Origin: an uncultured delta proteobacterium
GTDB taxonomy: Bacteria > Desulfobacterota > Desulfuromonadia > Geobacterales > DSM-12255
Assembly (NCBI GenBank): GCA_963787125.1
Contig: CAWBBV010000011.1
Location: 96,001 to 160,000, forward strand
Direction of reading: 5' to 3'
Length of the DNA stretch: 64,000 nt
Of the stretch, positions 37,987-47,497 are shown in pieces; position 1 is the stretch's first letter, and every line of letters starts with the position of its first letter. The notes under the pieces are model-generated. The model saw nothing but the letters and a program-made list of their open reading frames with translations. It was not told where the DNA came from and did not search any database. The position numbers were made by a program, and so were the translations under genes.

Positions 37987-38883
37987 GAGTATCCTGATCA
38001 GCTCTTCCGGTTTCCGGATGGCACTCTCAAGCCGTTTTTTCATCTCATCAAGCTCTTTTCCCGCCACTTCTTTGGTGATTTTACCGCTTTTGTAAAGAAG
38101 CCGCAGATTTCTCCGGACAGTTTCAGCAGCTTTCAGCGCCTGCTCTCCGGTCGGGTCAGCTGCCAACCAGGATGATGAATCAACATCGGCAAGGGTTTCA
38201 AGCACAGCCTGTCTGGAGAGACCGGCAAATTCCGCGACCTCTTCTTCATCAAGCTGGAATCTTGAGACATCATGCATGGCTGTGATCAGCTGCTGCCACT
38301 TTTCCAGACGGCTGACAAGCAGAATAGAGTTAAAGATCTTCTTGTTTGTCCCAAAAGAGAAAAGAGTATTTGAAATCTCCCGGCGCAGCAAGGCATCGTT
38401 TTCCTGATAATGTTCCAGTGCGACTCTTCGCCCCCGTTCCCAGATCTCCGGCGGGGTGAAACTGTCAAACCGTACCTCCCAGTAGGCATGCTTCATAACT
38501 ATACTCTGGTAACTCCGCATGATGCTTAGCGGCACGTAATAGCAGTGGGCAACGGTATCAGCAGCAAGGTGGGAAATGTAGCCGTATGCACAGGACCTTT
38601 GGGCGTCAGTCTCCCCCTTTTCGAGGAGGTTTCTGCCGATATGCCAGCGATGACAGTGCAGCAGGTAGCCGGTATATTTCTTGCCCAGAGTGATGTCGGC
38701 CGAGATGCAGCCATAAAGAAAATCATTCGGGAAACTACCGATGAGTGAGGCAACAACTGGTGGCAGTGACTGAAGATTGCCAAGAACTGTCAACCCTAAC
38801 TGCAGGTGGAATCCGGGCCCCCAGGCAAAAGAGCTGTCAGGCAGCAGCAGCAGAGTAATTACGGCAAGAGCGGTCTGGAACAT
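37975..38883 (-). CDS. Zinc-dependent phospholipase C family protein
   Basis: Signal peptide then W-G-P-G-F-H, GCISAD, GYISHLAADTVAH, HAYWE. Confidence 0.8.
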   Translation of the reverse strand: MFQTALAVITLLLLPDSSFAWGPGFHLQLGLTVLGNLQSLPPVVASLIGSFPNDFLYGCISADITLGKKYTGYLLHCHRWHIGRNLLEKGETDAQRSCAYGYISHLAADTVAHCYYVPLSIMRSYQSIVMKHAYWEVRFDSFTPPEIWERGRRVALEHYQENDALLRREISNTLFSFGTNKKIFNSILLVSRLEKWQQLITAMHDVSRFQLDEEEVAEFAGLSRQAVLETLADVDSSSWLAADPTGEQALKAAETVRRNLRLLYKSGKITKEVAGKELDEMKKRLESAIRKPEELIRILSNG

Positions 38884-38929
38884 TTTCTTATCTTAGGGAT
38901 ACAGGCCTCAAAAGTAAAGGGGATTGGGA

Positions 38930-39643
38930 ATGGATGAACCTGATGAAAGAGCCTTACTTGCAGGTGCATTGCGGAGTTACCTGGAAGAGCTGCGGGCCAC
39001 TGGAATTGATGAATTGCCGCTTATGAGAACAGCGCCGGAGATAGTCAAGGCGGCTGGACCAGCTATTGTAAGCAATACGCCGCCGCCAGCCAAGCCGGCT
39101 GAAACTCTTGAAGATATTCGCAAAGACCTTGGAGATTGCCGCAGATGCAGCCTCTGTGAAACCAGAAAGAACATAGTCTTTGGGGTCGGCAGTCACAACT
39201 CCGGACTGCTTTTTGTCGGCGAAGCTCCCGGCCGCGATGAAGATCTTCAGGGAGAGCCTTTCGTCGGTGAAGCCGGCCAATTGCTGACAAACATGATCAA
39301 AGCAATGGGGCACGAACGTCAGGATGTATATATCTGCAATGTTCTCAAATGCCGTCCTCCCGGGAACCGCGACCCTGCCCCTGGCGAAATCGCTCAGTGC
39401 AGCCCTTTTCTCCTGCGCCAGATTCAGGCGATTGCCCCCAGAGCAGTTATTTGCCTCGGCGCCTTTGCCGCCCAGACCCTGCTGCAGAGCAATGAACCTA
39501 TCGGCCGGCTCAGAGGACGCTTTCACGATTATCATGGCATACCGCTCATGCCGACCTTTCACCCCGCCTTTTTGCTCCGCTCTCCGGAAAAAAAACGGGA
39601 CGTATGGGCTGACTTGCAGCAAGTCATGAAACTTCTGGTATAA
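38930..39643 (+). CDS. Uracil-DNA glycosylase family 4 (Fe-S)
   Basis: [35 protein letters not shown]. Confidence 0.93.
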   Translation: MDEPDERALLAGALRSYLEELRATGIDELPLMRTAPEIVKAAGPAIVSNTPPPAKPAETLEDIRKDLGDCRRCSLCETRKNIVFGVGSHNSGLLFVGEAPGRDEDLQGEPFVGEAGQLLTNMIKAMGHERQDVYICNVLKCRPPGNRDPAPGEIAQCSPFLLRQIQAIAPRAVICLGAFAAQTLLQSNEPIGRLRGRFHDYHGIPLMPTFHPAFLLRSPEKKRDVWADLQQVMKLLV

Positions 39644-39702
39644 TAGATTACTAACATTCAATTGGCCATATATGGAAGATGCCATGACTCAGGAGGAATA
39701 GT

Positions 39703-40950
39703 ATGTACAACATCGGTAGCGCTGAAAGAAATACCGTGGCGATGGTTCTTGCCGGGGGCAAGGGAGAACGACTCAGCCCTTTGACTCTCAACAGGCCCAA
39801 GCCTGGCGTCCCCTTCGGAGGGAAGTACAAGATCATAGACTTTGTCCTCAGCAATCTTTTTAACTCGGGCATCAAGCAGGTCTACATCCTCACCCAGTAC
39901 CGGGCCTATTCCCTGATGAAGCATATTCGCGAATCATGGGCCAAATGGACCGGCCTGGGCGAATTCTTCGTTGCCATCTCCCCGGAAACACGCAGTGAAT
40001 CCGAAGAGTGGTTCAAAGGTACTGCTGACGCCATCTACCAGTACATCCGCTTCATAGAATCTTCTGACGCGGAATATGTGGCAATCTTCGGCGGGGATCA
40101 TATCTACAAGATGGATATCAGCCAGATGATTAACTTTCATCGCATGAACAGATCTGACATAACAGTGTCATCCATTGAAGTCCCCATGGATGAAGCGTCA
40201 CGGTTCGGGGTTGTTGTTGTGGACGATGACAACCGCGTTATCGGTTTTGAGGAGAAACCCGACAAACCGACACCGGTTCCGGGCAAAAACGTCTGTTTTG
40301 CCTCAATGGGAAATTATATTTTTTCCATCAGGAAACTGATCGAGGTGCTGCAGGAAGGGAAAAAACTTCATGAGGATCTGGACTTCGGCAAACATGTCAT
40401 CCCGATGATGCTGGAAAGCGGCGATAGAGTCTTTGCCTACAACTTCAACGACAACCTCATCCCCGGGATGAAATCGGAAGAGCGCGGCTACTGGAAAGAT
40501 GTCGGCACCATCGAATCATACTACGAAGCCAACATGGACCTGATTCACGTTTCACCCCAGCTGAATCTCTACAACTACAAATGGCCGGTGCTGACCAATC
40601 AGGGGAATCTCCCGCCGGCAAAGACAATCTTTGATGATGAAGAGCGCCGCGGCTTGAATATCGACTCATACGTTTGTGCCGGCTGCATAACCAGTGGCGG
40701 GATTGTCAGGCGTTCCATAATCGGCCCGAAAACAAGAATTAACAGCTACAGCCTGGTAGAGGATTCTATTGTCTTTGAAAACGTCACCATCGGCAGACAT
40801 ACAAAGATAAAGAAGGCCATAATTGACAAGAATCTTGTCATTCCTGACAACACTGTCATCGGTTACGATCATGTAGCCGACGCTGCCAGAGGATTTACTG
40901 TCACAGAATCAGGGATTGTTGTTGTTTCAACACAGGAGAGCCTGAAATAA
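39703..40950 (+). CDS. glgC: Glucose-1-phosphate adenylyltransferase
   Basis: LAGGKGERLSPLT, VPFGGKY, GDHIYKMD, DFGKHVIP, YWKDVGT. Confidence 0.96.
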   Translation: MYNIGSAERNTVAMVLAGGKGERLSPLTLNRPKPGVPFGGKYKIIDFVLSNLFNSGIKQVYILTQYRAYSLMKHIRESWAKWTGLGEFFVAISPETRSESEEWFKGTADAIYQYIRFIESSDAEYVAIFGGDHIYKMDISQMINFHRMNRSDITVSSIEVPMDEASRFGVVVVDDDNRVIGFEEKPDKPTPVPGKNVCFASMGNYIFSIRKLIEVLQEGKKLHEDLDFGKHVIPMMLESGDRVFAYNFNDNLIPGMKSEERGYWKDVGTIESYYEANMDLIHVSPQLNLYNYKWPVLTNQGNLPPAKTIFDDEERRGLNIDSYVCAGCITSGGIVRRSIIGPKTRINSYSLVEDSIVFENVTIGRHTKIKKAIIDKNLVIPDNTVIGYDHVADAARGFTVTESGIVVVSTQESLK

Positions 40951-41775
40951 TTAAAAGTGCGAGTCAATCCCTTTAAGCCCCTCCACCGCCCGGGCAGAGA
41001 TAGAAATCTGCCCGGGCGGTGCTTGAGCTTCCCGGGGATTAATCCGGATCAGAACGGCACTCCTCCGTTCAGCCAGACTCTCTCCCAGATAACGGATCGT
41101 CGGGATTGACGTTCCTGCCCCCATCTCCAGCACAACAGTCCGCCCCCCGCCATGATCAGTGAGAAATTCATCAAACGCTCTACCCTGCCGCCGCGTCCGG
41201 TCTGATAGCCAGGAGCAGTCGCCGAACATCAGGATATTCGGCCGGGCAACGCCACCGCAGCGGCTACATTTCGGAATGGTCTGCGCTCTCATGGTGCCTG
41301 AATCTACCGGGATCTCCTCACAGTTGGCCCAGATCTCATTCGAGCAGGGAGAAAGGCACTGCAGATGGTGAATCGAGCCATGCACTTCCTGAATGGAATC
41401 TTCGGCAAAACCGGCCTTCTGGAATTGACCGTCCACATTTGAAGTCACAACAAAGTGATTGAGCGCAAACAGTGAAATCCATTTCCTGATGATCTGGAAC
41501 CCTGCGTGCGGCACTGTACTTCGATAAAGGTTGGTTCTGTGCCCATAAAATCCCCAGCCAAAGGCTGGGTCACGCTCGAAATGCTCCGGATTGGCTGCCT
41601 GGACAAAACTTAAACCGAGACGGCGATAAAGCGGATAAGCGTTCCAGAAACCGTGATCACCACGAAAATCTGGCAGACCTGAATCGACCCCCATGCCGGC
41701 GCCGGCAGTTACGATAAGGGTTTCTGCACCCCTAATAGCTGCGGCTGCCTTTGCCAGCTGCTGTTCCAGATCCAT
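40951..41775 (-). CDS. Sir2-family NAD-dependent deacylase
   Basis: GAGMGVDSGLPDFRG, TSNVDG, EVHGS, Zn-binding Cys pairs, RPNILMFGD, RINP. Confidence 0.92.
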   Translation of the reverse strand: MDLEQQLAKAAAAIRGAETLIVTAGAGMGVDSGLPDFRGDHGFWNAYPLYRRLGLSFVQAANPEHFERDPAFGWGFYGHRTNLYRSTVPHAGFQIIRKWISLFALNHFVVTSNVDGQFQKAGFAEDSIQEVHGSIHHLQCLSPCSNEIWANCEEIPVDSGTMRAQTIPKCSRCGGVARPNILMFGDCSWLSDRTRRQGRAFDEFLTDHGGGRTVVLEMGAGTSIPTIRYLGESLAERRSAVLIRINPREAQAPPGQISISARAVEGLKGIDSHF

Positions 41776-41871
41776 GGCATTCTCCTTTTAAGTCGCCATT
41801 ATTTCAATTTGCAGATTATAACAATGAGGCGGGAATACTGCTTGTAATTTTATAATTTGACGCTCATTTAA

Positions 41872-41997
41872 TTATCGTATATCCGTTTATCTTCTGATGT
41901 GGTTGCATACGTTAAATCAACCGGAGCCGGCTGGCAGTCACGCATTGACTGCGCCCTGCGTGAATGGATGTCCGGGCATCCGCTCAAACGAGTATAG
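41872..41997 (+). pseudogene. 5'-truncated BrnA-type antitoxin remnant
   Basis: Not in the ORF track; translates IRLSSDVVAYVKSTGAGWQSRIDCALREWMSGHPLKRV*, matching the BrnA C-terminal pattern; in-frame TAA at 41869 and no start before the domain. Confidence 0.75.
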
Positions 41998-42011
41998 GCG
42001 GAGGATTCTGA

Positions 42012-43430
42012 ATGTCTGACAAATCATACGATCTTATAATAATCGGCGCCGGCCCTGGCGGCTACGTCGCCGCCATCCGGGGCGCACAGTTGGGGATGAG
42101 TGTTGCGGTGGTGGAGAAGCGGGACACCCTTGGCGGGGTCTGTCTGAATGAAGGCTGTATCCCGAGCAAGGCACTGCTTGATTCTTCAGAGCATTTTGCC
42201 ACGGCACGGGACAAATTCGCGGGTCACGGCATCCTTATTGATCCTCCCCGGCTCGATCTGGCAAAGATGCTGGCTCGCAAAGATGAGGTGGTTAGGAAAA
42301 ACACCGACGGCATTGCCTGGCTGTTCAAAAAGAACGGCATCACCCTGATTCAGGGGAGCGCCAGTATCGGCAGAAAAGATGGTGATTTGCATGTCGTCGA
42401 TGTCATTATGCCCGGCCACGGCAAAGCTGAGTCTATCAAGGGGAGCAGGATTCTGCTGGCCACCGGCAGCAGCGCCATTGAGCTGCCCGGACTGCCGTTT
42501 GATGGGGATAAAATCGTCTCAGCTCGCGAAGCTCTCGCTTTCGGTGCAGTGCCGCAGCATCTCCTGGTGATCGGCGCCGGTTATATCGGCCTGGAGCTCG
42601 GCTCTGTCTGGCTGCGGCTGGGAGCGAAAGTCACTGTCGTCGAGATGCTGGACAAACCGCTTCCGACAATGGATGAACAGGCAGCTGACACCCTGGTCAG
42701 GTCCTTGAAAAAGCAGGGGATGAGATTCATGTTCGGCACAAAGGTAAACTCAGCGATCAGTGAAGGGGATACGCTGAGAGTCGCCCTCTCCGGGCCTTCC
42801 GGCGAGCAGGAACTGTTCTGCGACAAGTTGCTTGTCGCTGTCGGTCGCAAACCGCTATTGGCAGGGTTGGGACTGTCAGAGGCAGGCATTGTGCTGGAGG
42901 ATTCGGGAAGGATCAGCGTTGATGAGAATTATCAGACCAACGTCACGGGAATCTATGCCATCGGTGATCTGATTCACGGCCCGATGCTTGCCCACAAGGC
43001 ATCAGAAGAAGGAGTAGTCCTGGCAGAGCGATTGCACGGGGAAGGCTCAACGGTAGAGTATGAATATCTCCCCGGTATCTGCTATACTTGGCCTGAAGCA
43101 GCAGCAGTCGGCAAAACCGAAGAGCAGCTCAAGAGTGCCGGCTTTGAGTATGCGGTGGGTAAATTCAATTTTCTGGCAAACGGTCGTGCCCGCTGTATGG
43201 ACGAAACTGACGGTTTTGTGAAAATCCTGGCAGAAAAGGTCAGCGGCAGGCTGCTCGGAGTCCATATCGTCGGCCCGAGAGCCTCTGACCTGATTGCCGA
43301 GGCGGTCATTGCCATGACCTTAGGCGCGACTGCCGCAGATATTGCCATGACTTTCCATGCCCACCCGACCCTTGCAGAAGCTTTGAAGGAGGCGGCCCTG
43401 GCCGTTAACGGCCAGGCTATCCATGCCTGA
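42012..43430 (+). CDS. lpdA: Dihydrolipoyl dehydrogenase
   Basis: GAGPGGYVAA, GGVCLNEGCIPSK, HAHPTLAE. Confidence 0.96.
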   Translation: MSDKSYDLIIIGAGPGGYVAAIRGAQLGMSVAVVEKRDTLGGVCLNEGCIPSKALLDSSEHFATARDKFAGHGILIDPPRLDLAKMLARKDEVVRKNTDGIAWLFKKNGITLIQGSASIGRKDGDLHVVDVIMPGHGKAESIKGSRILLATGSSAIELPGLPFDGDKIVSAREALAFGAVPQHLLVIGAGYIGLELGSVWLRLGAKVTVVEMLDKPLPTMDEQAADTLVRSLKKQGMRFMFGTKVNSAISEGDTLRVALSGPSGEQELFCDKLLVAVGRKPLLAGLGLSEAGIVLEDSGRISVDENYQTNVTGIYAIGDLIHGPMLAHKASEEGVVLAERLHGEGSTVEYEYLPGICYTWPEAAAVGKTEEQLKSAGFEYAVGKFNFLANGRARCMDETDGFVKILAEKVSGRLLGVHIVGPRASDLIAEAVIAMTLGATAADIAMTFHAHPTLAEALKEAALAVNGQAIHA

Positions 43431-43445
43431 ACAGGAGCACAACAG

Positions 43446-44348
43446 ATGCTGACCAATGAACTTTTGAGATCCATAGTAGATAACCTCCATGAGGGGGTTT
43501 ACTTTGTCGACATGGATCGGCGTATTACTTACTGGAACAAGGGTGCCGAGCTGATCACCGGTTACTCAGCGGCAGAAGTAGTGGGAAACCACTGCGCTGA
43601 TAATCTGCTGGTGCATCTGGATGATTGCGGAAAGTGCCTCTGCACAGACGAATGCCCCCTGGTGGACGTTATCAAGCAGAAATGCAGTCACAGGGACGAC
43701 CATATTTACCTGCATCACAAGGCTGGTCACCGGGTGCCGGTAACGGTGAGCATTTCCCTCATCCGTAATGAGCATGGAGAGCCCATCGGGGCAGCCGAGG
43801 TCTTTCACCAGACAAAAGCATCCGATCAGGATGCCAAGCTGATCGAGTCGTTGAAAAAAGAGACTCTTATCGACATGCTGACAGAACTTCCCAACCGCCG
43901 CCACCTGCAGATGAATCTTACCGGCAGCCTGGCGGAATACGAACGTCATGGCAACGGTTTTGGCCTGGTGTTTGCGGATGTGGACCACTTTAAACAGTTT
44001 AATGACACTTACGGCCACGACATCGGCGACAAGGTGCTGCTGCTGGTTGGCAAGACCATGGCGAACTGCGTTCGAGCCTACGATATTGTCGGTCGTTGGG
44101 GGGGAGAAGAGTTTCTGGCAATCATCCGTTTTGCCGATGAAGAACAGTTCATTCAGGTCGCAGAAAAGCTCCGCTACATGGTGGAGAAGTCTTTTCTCAT
44201 GCATGGCAATGAGCAGCTCAATGTCACTATAACTCTCGGAGCAACCCATGTCCGCTCCGGAGATACGCTTGAATCGCTGGTAAATCGCGCCGACCGGCTC
44301 ATGTACGAAGGCAAGCGCGCCGGCAGAAACAGAGTACATTTCTACTAA
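43446..44348 (+). CDS. PAS-GGDEF diguanylate cyclase
   Basis: PAS (YWNKGAELITGY), DVDHFKQFNDTYGH, RAYD I-site, GGEEF. Confidence 0.93.
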   Translation: MLTNELLRSIVDNLHEGVYFVDMDRRITYWNKGAELITGYSAAEVVGNHCADNLLVHLDDCGKCLCTDECPLVDVIKQKCSHRDDHIYLHHKAGHRVPVTVSISLIRNEHGEPIGAAEVFHQTKASDQDAKLIESLKKETLIDMLTELPNRRHLQMNLTGSLAEYERHGNGFGLVFADVDHFKQFNDTYGHDIGDKVLLLVGKTMANCVRAYDIVGRWGGEEFLAIIRFADEEQFIQVAEKLRYMVEKSFLMHGNEQLNVTITLGATHVRSGDTLESLVNRADRLMYEGKRAGRNRVHFY

Positions 44349-44395
44349 AAAGAGGCCGAGCTGCCGCCGCTTAGAGCCTCCGGGGAGCACTGAAA

Positions 44396-46363
44396 ATGGC
44401 TGAAAACCTCGCAACAAAAATCCTGGCAGCGCATCTCGTTGAAGGTGAACTGGTCCCCGGAACTGAAATAGCGCTCAAAATAGATCATACACTGCTGCAG
44501 GATGCTACCGGCACCATGGCAATGCTTGAATTCATAGCCATGGGGGTTGAGCGTGTCAAGGTCGAACTGGCGGCCCAGTACATCGATCATAACCTGCTCC
44601 AGACTGACAACCGCAATGCTGACGACCATATTTTCCTGATGACTGCTGCAGAGCGCTACGGCATTCATCTTTCCAAACCCGGCAATGGCGTGTCACACCA
44701 GGTACATCTGGAGCGTTTCGGTCTCCCCGGCAAGGTGATGATCGGCGCAGATTCCCACACGCCTTCTGCCGCCGGTGTCAGCATGATCGCCATTGGCGCC
44801 GGTGGACTCGATGTCGCCCTGGCAATGGCCGGCCACCCCTTCCATCTCCCTTGCCCAAAAATCTGGGGCATCAAGCTGACCGGCACTCTGCCTGCCTGGG
44901 TCTCGGCTAAAGACGTCATTCTGGAAATGCTGCGCCGCCACAGCGTCAAAGGTGGTGTCGGCAAGATCATCGAATATTACGGCGCCGGAGTAAAGAGCCT
45001 TTCCGCTACGGATCGGGCGGTTATCGGCAATATGGGGGCAGAGCTGGGGGCGACCACGAGCATCTTCCCCTCAGACGAGCGGACGCTGGAGTTTCTTCAA
45101 GCACAGGGGCGCGCAGACGGCTGGATACCACTGCAAGCTGACGAGGACGCAACCTATGACGAATATGACGAAATCGACCTGACAACCCTGGAGCCGCTCA
45201 TTGCCCAGCCGACCTCTCCGGACAACATTGTTCCGGTCAGGGAGCTGGCCGGGCTGAAAGTCGATCAGGTACTGGTAGGCAGCTCGGCTAACTCGGGCTA
45301 CCGGGATCTGATGAGCGCCTGCCTGATACTTGAAGGGCGCAAAATAGCGCCGCACCTCTCCTTTAACGTCAATCCGGGCAGTCGCCAGGTGATCGAAAAT
45401 GTTGCCGCCCAGGGTGGTTTTTTGATGCTCCTCCAGGCTGGAGCGCAGGTTCACCAGCCCGGCTGCCTCGGCTGTATCGGCATGGGTCAGGCGCCCGGAA
45501 CCGGCCAGGTCTCGCTGCGGACATTTCCGCGCAACTTCCCCGGACGGAGCGGCACCAAAGGAGATCAGGTCTACCTCTGCTCCCCCGAAACTGCTGCTGC
45601 TGCCGGCATCTTCGGTCAGGTGACCGACCCGCGGGAGTTGGGCAAGCTGATGCCCTATCCTGACGTGCAAAACCCGGTCAACTATCTGCTTGACGATTCC
45701 AGCATCATCTTCCCTCTCCCGGCAGCCGAGGCGACAAAAGTCAAGATCATCACCGGACCTAACATCGTGCCGTTCCCCGATTTTTATGAACTGCCGGAGA
45801 GCCTCTCGCTGGAGATTATCCTTAAAACCGGCGACAATATCTCCACTGACGCAATCATGCCTGCAGGGAGCAGAGTGCTGCCGTACCGGAGCAATATCCC
45901 GGCACTCTCCCAATTTGTCTTTGAGCAGCTCGATCCTGGTTTTGCCGAACGGACAAAGGCCAAAGGGGGGGGGGCTGTCATCGGTGGTGAGAACTACGGC
46001 CAGGGCTCAAGTCGTGAACATGCCGCGCTGGCACCACGCTATCTAGGCATCCGCCTGAAACTTGCCAAAAGCTTCGCCCGTATCCACAAAGCAAACCTGG
46101 TCAATTTCGGCATCGTCCCTCTCACCTTCAAGGATCCCGCTGACTACGATCTGCTGCAACAGGGTGATACGCTGCAGATCCCCCATCTTCGAACTCTGAT
46201 AGTCAGGGGTGCCGCAATAATCCCTGTTGAAATCGGTGAACGCACCTTTCTGGCAATTCTTGACATTTCCGACCGCCAGCGCAGAGAGCTTCTTGCAGGC
46301 GGCACGCTCAATTATGTCAGAACCGCCGGGAAATGGGAAAGTGACCCCCACGGCTGTCTTTGA
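44396..46363 (+). CDS. Aconitate hydratase (compact ~650 aa type)
   Basis: QDATGTMA, GADSHT, CLGCIGMGQ, NYGQGSSREHA. Confidence 0.92.
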   Translation: MAENLATKILAAHLVEGELVPGTEIALKIDHTLLQDATGTMAMLEFIAMGVERVKVELAAQYIDHNLLQTDNRNADDHIFLMTAAERYGIHLSKPGNGVSHQVHLERFGLPGKVMIGADSHTPSAAGVSMIAIGAGGLDVALAMAGHPFHLPCPKIWGIKLTGTLPAWVSAKDVILEMLRRHSVKGGVGKIIEYYGAGVKSLSATDRAVIGNMGAELGATTSIFPSDERTLEFLQAQGRADGWIPLQADEDATYDEYDEIDLTTLEPLIAQPTSPDNIVPVRELAGLKVDQVLVGSSANSGYRDLMSACLILEGRKIAPHLSFNVNPGSRQVIENVAAQGGFLMLLQAGAQVHQPGCLGCIGMGQAPGTGQVSLRTFPRNFPGRSGTKGDQVYLCSPETAAAAGIFGQVTDPRELGKLMPYPDVQNPVNYLLDDSSIIFPLPAAEATKVKIITGPNIVPFPDFYELPESLSLEIILKTGDNISTDAIMPAGSRVLPYRSNIPALSQFVFEQLDPGFAERTKAKGGGAVIGGENYGQGSSREHAALAPRYLGIRLKLAKSFARIHKANLVNFGIVPLTFKDPADYDLLQQGDTLQIPHLRTLIVRGAAIIPVEIGERTFLAILDISDRQRRELLAGGTLNYVRTAGKWESDPHGCL

Positions 46364-46402
46364 AACTTGCCTGTAACTCCTTGATGCTATATAGATAATT
46401 CA

Positions 46403-47497
46403 ATGAAAGATTTATTACCAAGATTCAAGATTTCTTCCCTTTTTAGTGGCAAGCGAAAATGGCTGCTCATAGCCGTTCTGCTTGTGGCAGCGACGCTGTC
46501 GGCACCGCCTGTCTTATCTCTTTATTCCCCCCATGGCGAAGGGCAGAATGTCAGAATTGTTGATGTTGCCAAGGGGAGCTCCCTGAAGAAACTTGCTGAC
46601 GATCTGGAAAAAGAGAGGGTCATCGGCAGCGCGACTCTTTTTACTCTCTACGCCAGACTCAGCGGCGCTTCAGGCAGAGTTATGGCCGGCACCTACCAGT
46701 TAAGTGATGCCATGACCACCCCGGAAATTCTCCGCAAACTTATAACTGGCGACGTCTATGAAAAGCGCTTTGCCGTTCCGGAAGGTTACTCGATCTTTCA
46801 GTTGGCCGAAATGCTTGATAATCGGGGCTTTTTCAAAAAGGAGCTTTTTCTCAAGGAGTGCAGCAATCCGGCTCTACTGCAGGAACTTGGCATCACTGGG
46901 ACGACTGTTGAAGGCTATCTTTATCCCAGCACCTATAATCTGGTTAAGATCGCTGCTCCTGAGACGCTCATAAAGCAGATGGTCGGGCAGTTCCGCAAGA
47001 TTTATGGCGAGCGCTTTGCACTCCGGGAGAAAAATTCGCATTTGAGCAGAAACCAGATAATCACCCTGGCCTCACTTGTGGAAAAAGAGGCTGTTGTCCC
47101 CCAGGAAAAACCGCTGATAGCGTCGGTATTTCTTAACCGGCTGAAAAAGCAGATGCCGCTTCAGAGCGATCCGACTGCAGTTTACGGTACCCGTGCCTTT
47201 GGCGGTAAGGTTTCCGGCAGTGATGTCAGACGCAACTCAGCTTACAACACTTACTTGATCAGCGGCCTGCCGCCCGGCCCCATAGGCAATCCCGGCGCCG
47301 GTGCAATCGAGGCGGTATTGACCCCGGCAACGACCGGTTACTATTATTTTGTGGCAAAAAATGACGGCACCCATCACTTTTCCGCCAACCTTGATGAGCA
47401 TAACCGTGCGGTGCATCACTATCTGAAAAATGGCGCAGCCCATACAGGGACACCCGAGTATAAAAATGACCGTCCGAATATTACTGGCAGAAGATAA
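46403..47497 (+). CDS. mltG: Endolytic transglycosylase MltG
   Basis: EGYLYPSTY, LASLVEKEA, LQSDPT, YNTY...GLPPGPIGNPG. Confidence 0.93.
   Translation: MKDLLPRFKISSLFSGKRKWLLIAVLLVAATLSAPPVLSLYSPHGEGQNVRIVDVAKGSSLKKLADDLEKERVIGSATLFTLYARLSGASGRVMAGTYQLSDAMTTPEILRKLITGDVYEKRFAVPEGYSIFQLAEMLDNRGFFKKELFLKECSNPALLQELGITGTTVEGYLYPSTYNLVKIAAPETLIKQMVGQFRKIYGERFALREKNSHLSRNQIITLASLVEKEAVVPQEKPLIASVFLNRLKKQMPLQSDPTAVYGTRAFGGKVSGSDVRRNSAYNTYLISGLPPGPIGNPGAGAIEAVLTPATTGYYYFVAKNDGTHHFSANLDEHNRAVHHYLKNGAAHTGTPEYKNDRPNITGRR

Noticed and set aside
40951..41775. Sirtuin as an anti-phage (Thoeris/DSR) or macrodomain-linked SirTM protein
   Set aside because: Stand-alone, retains the catalytic HG and Zn-binding Cys motifs, and has no partner defence or macrodomain gene
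45965..45974. G10 tract in aconitase (also G9 at 50933-50941 and G8 near 37724)
   Set aside because: All in frame within intact conserved genes, mostly encoding Gly runs; no sign of switching
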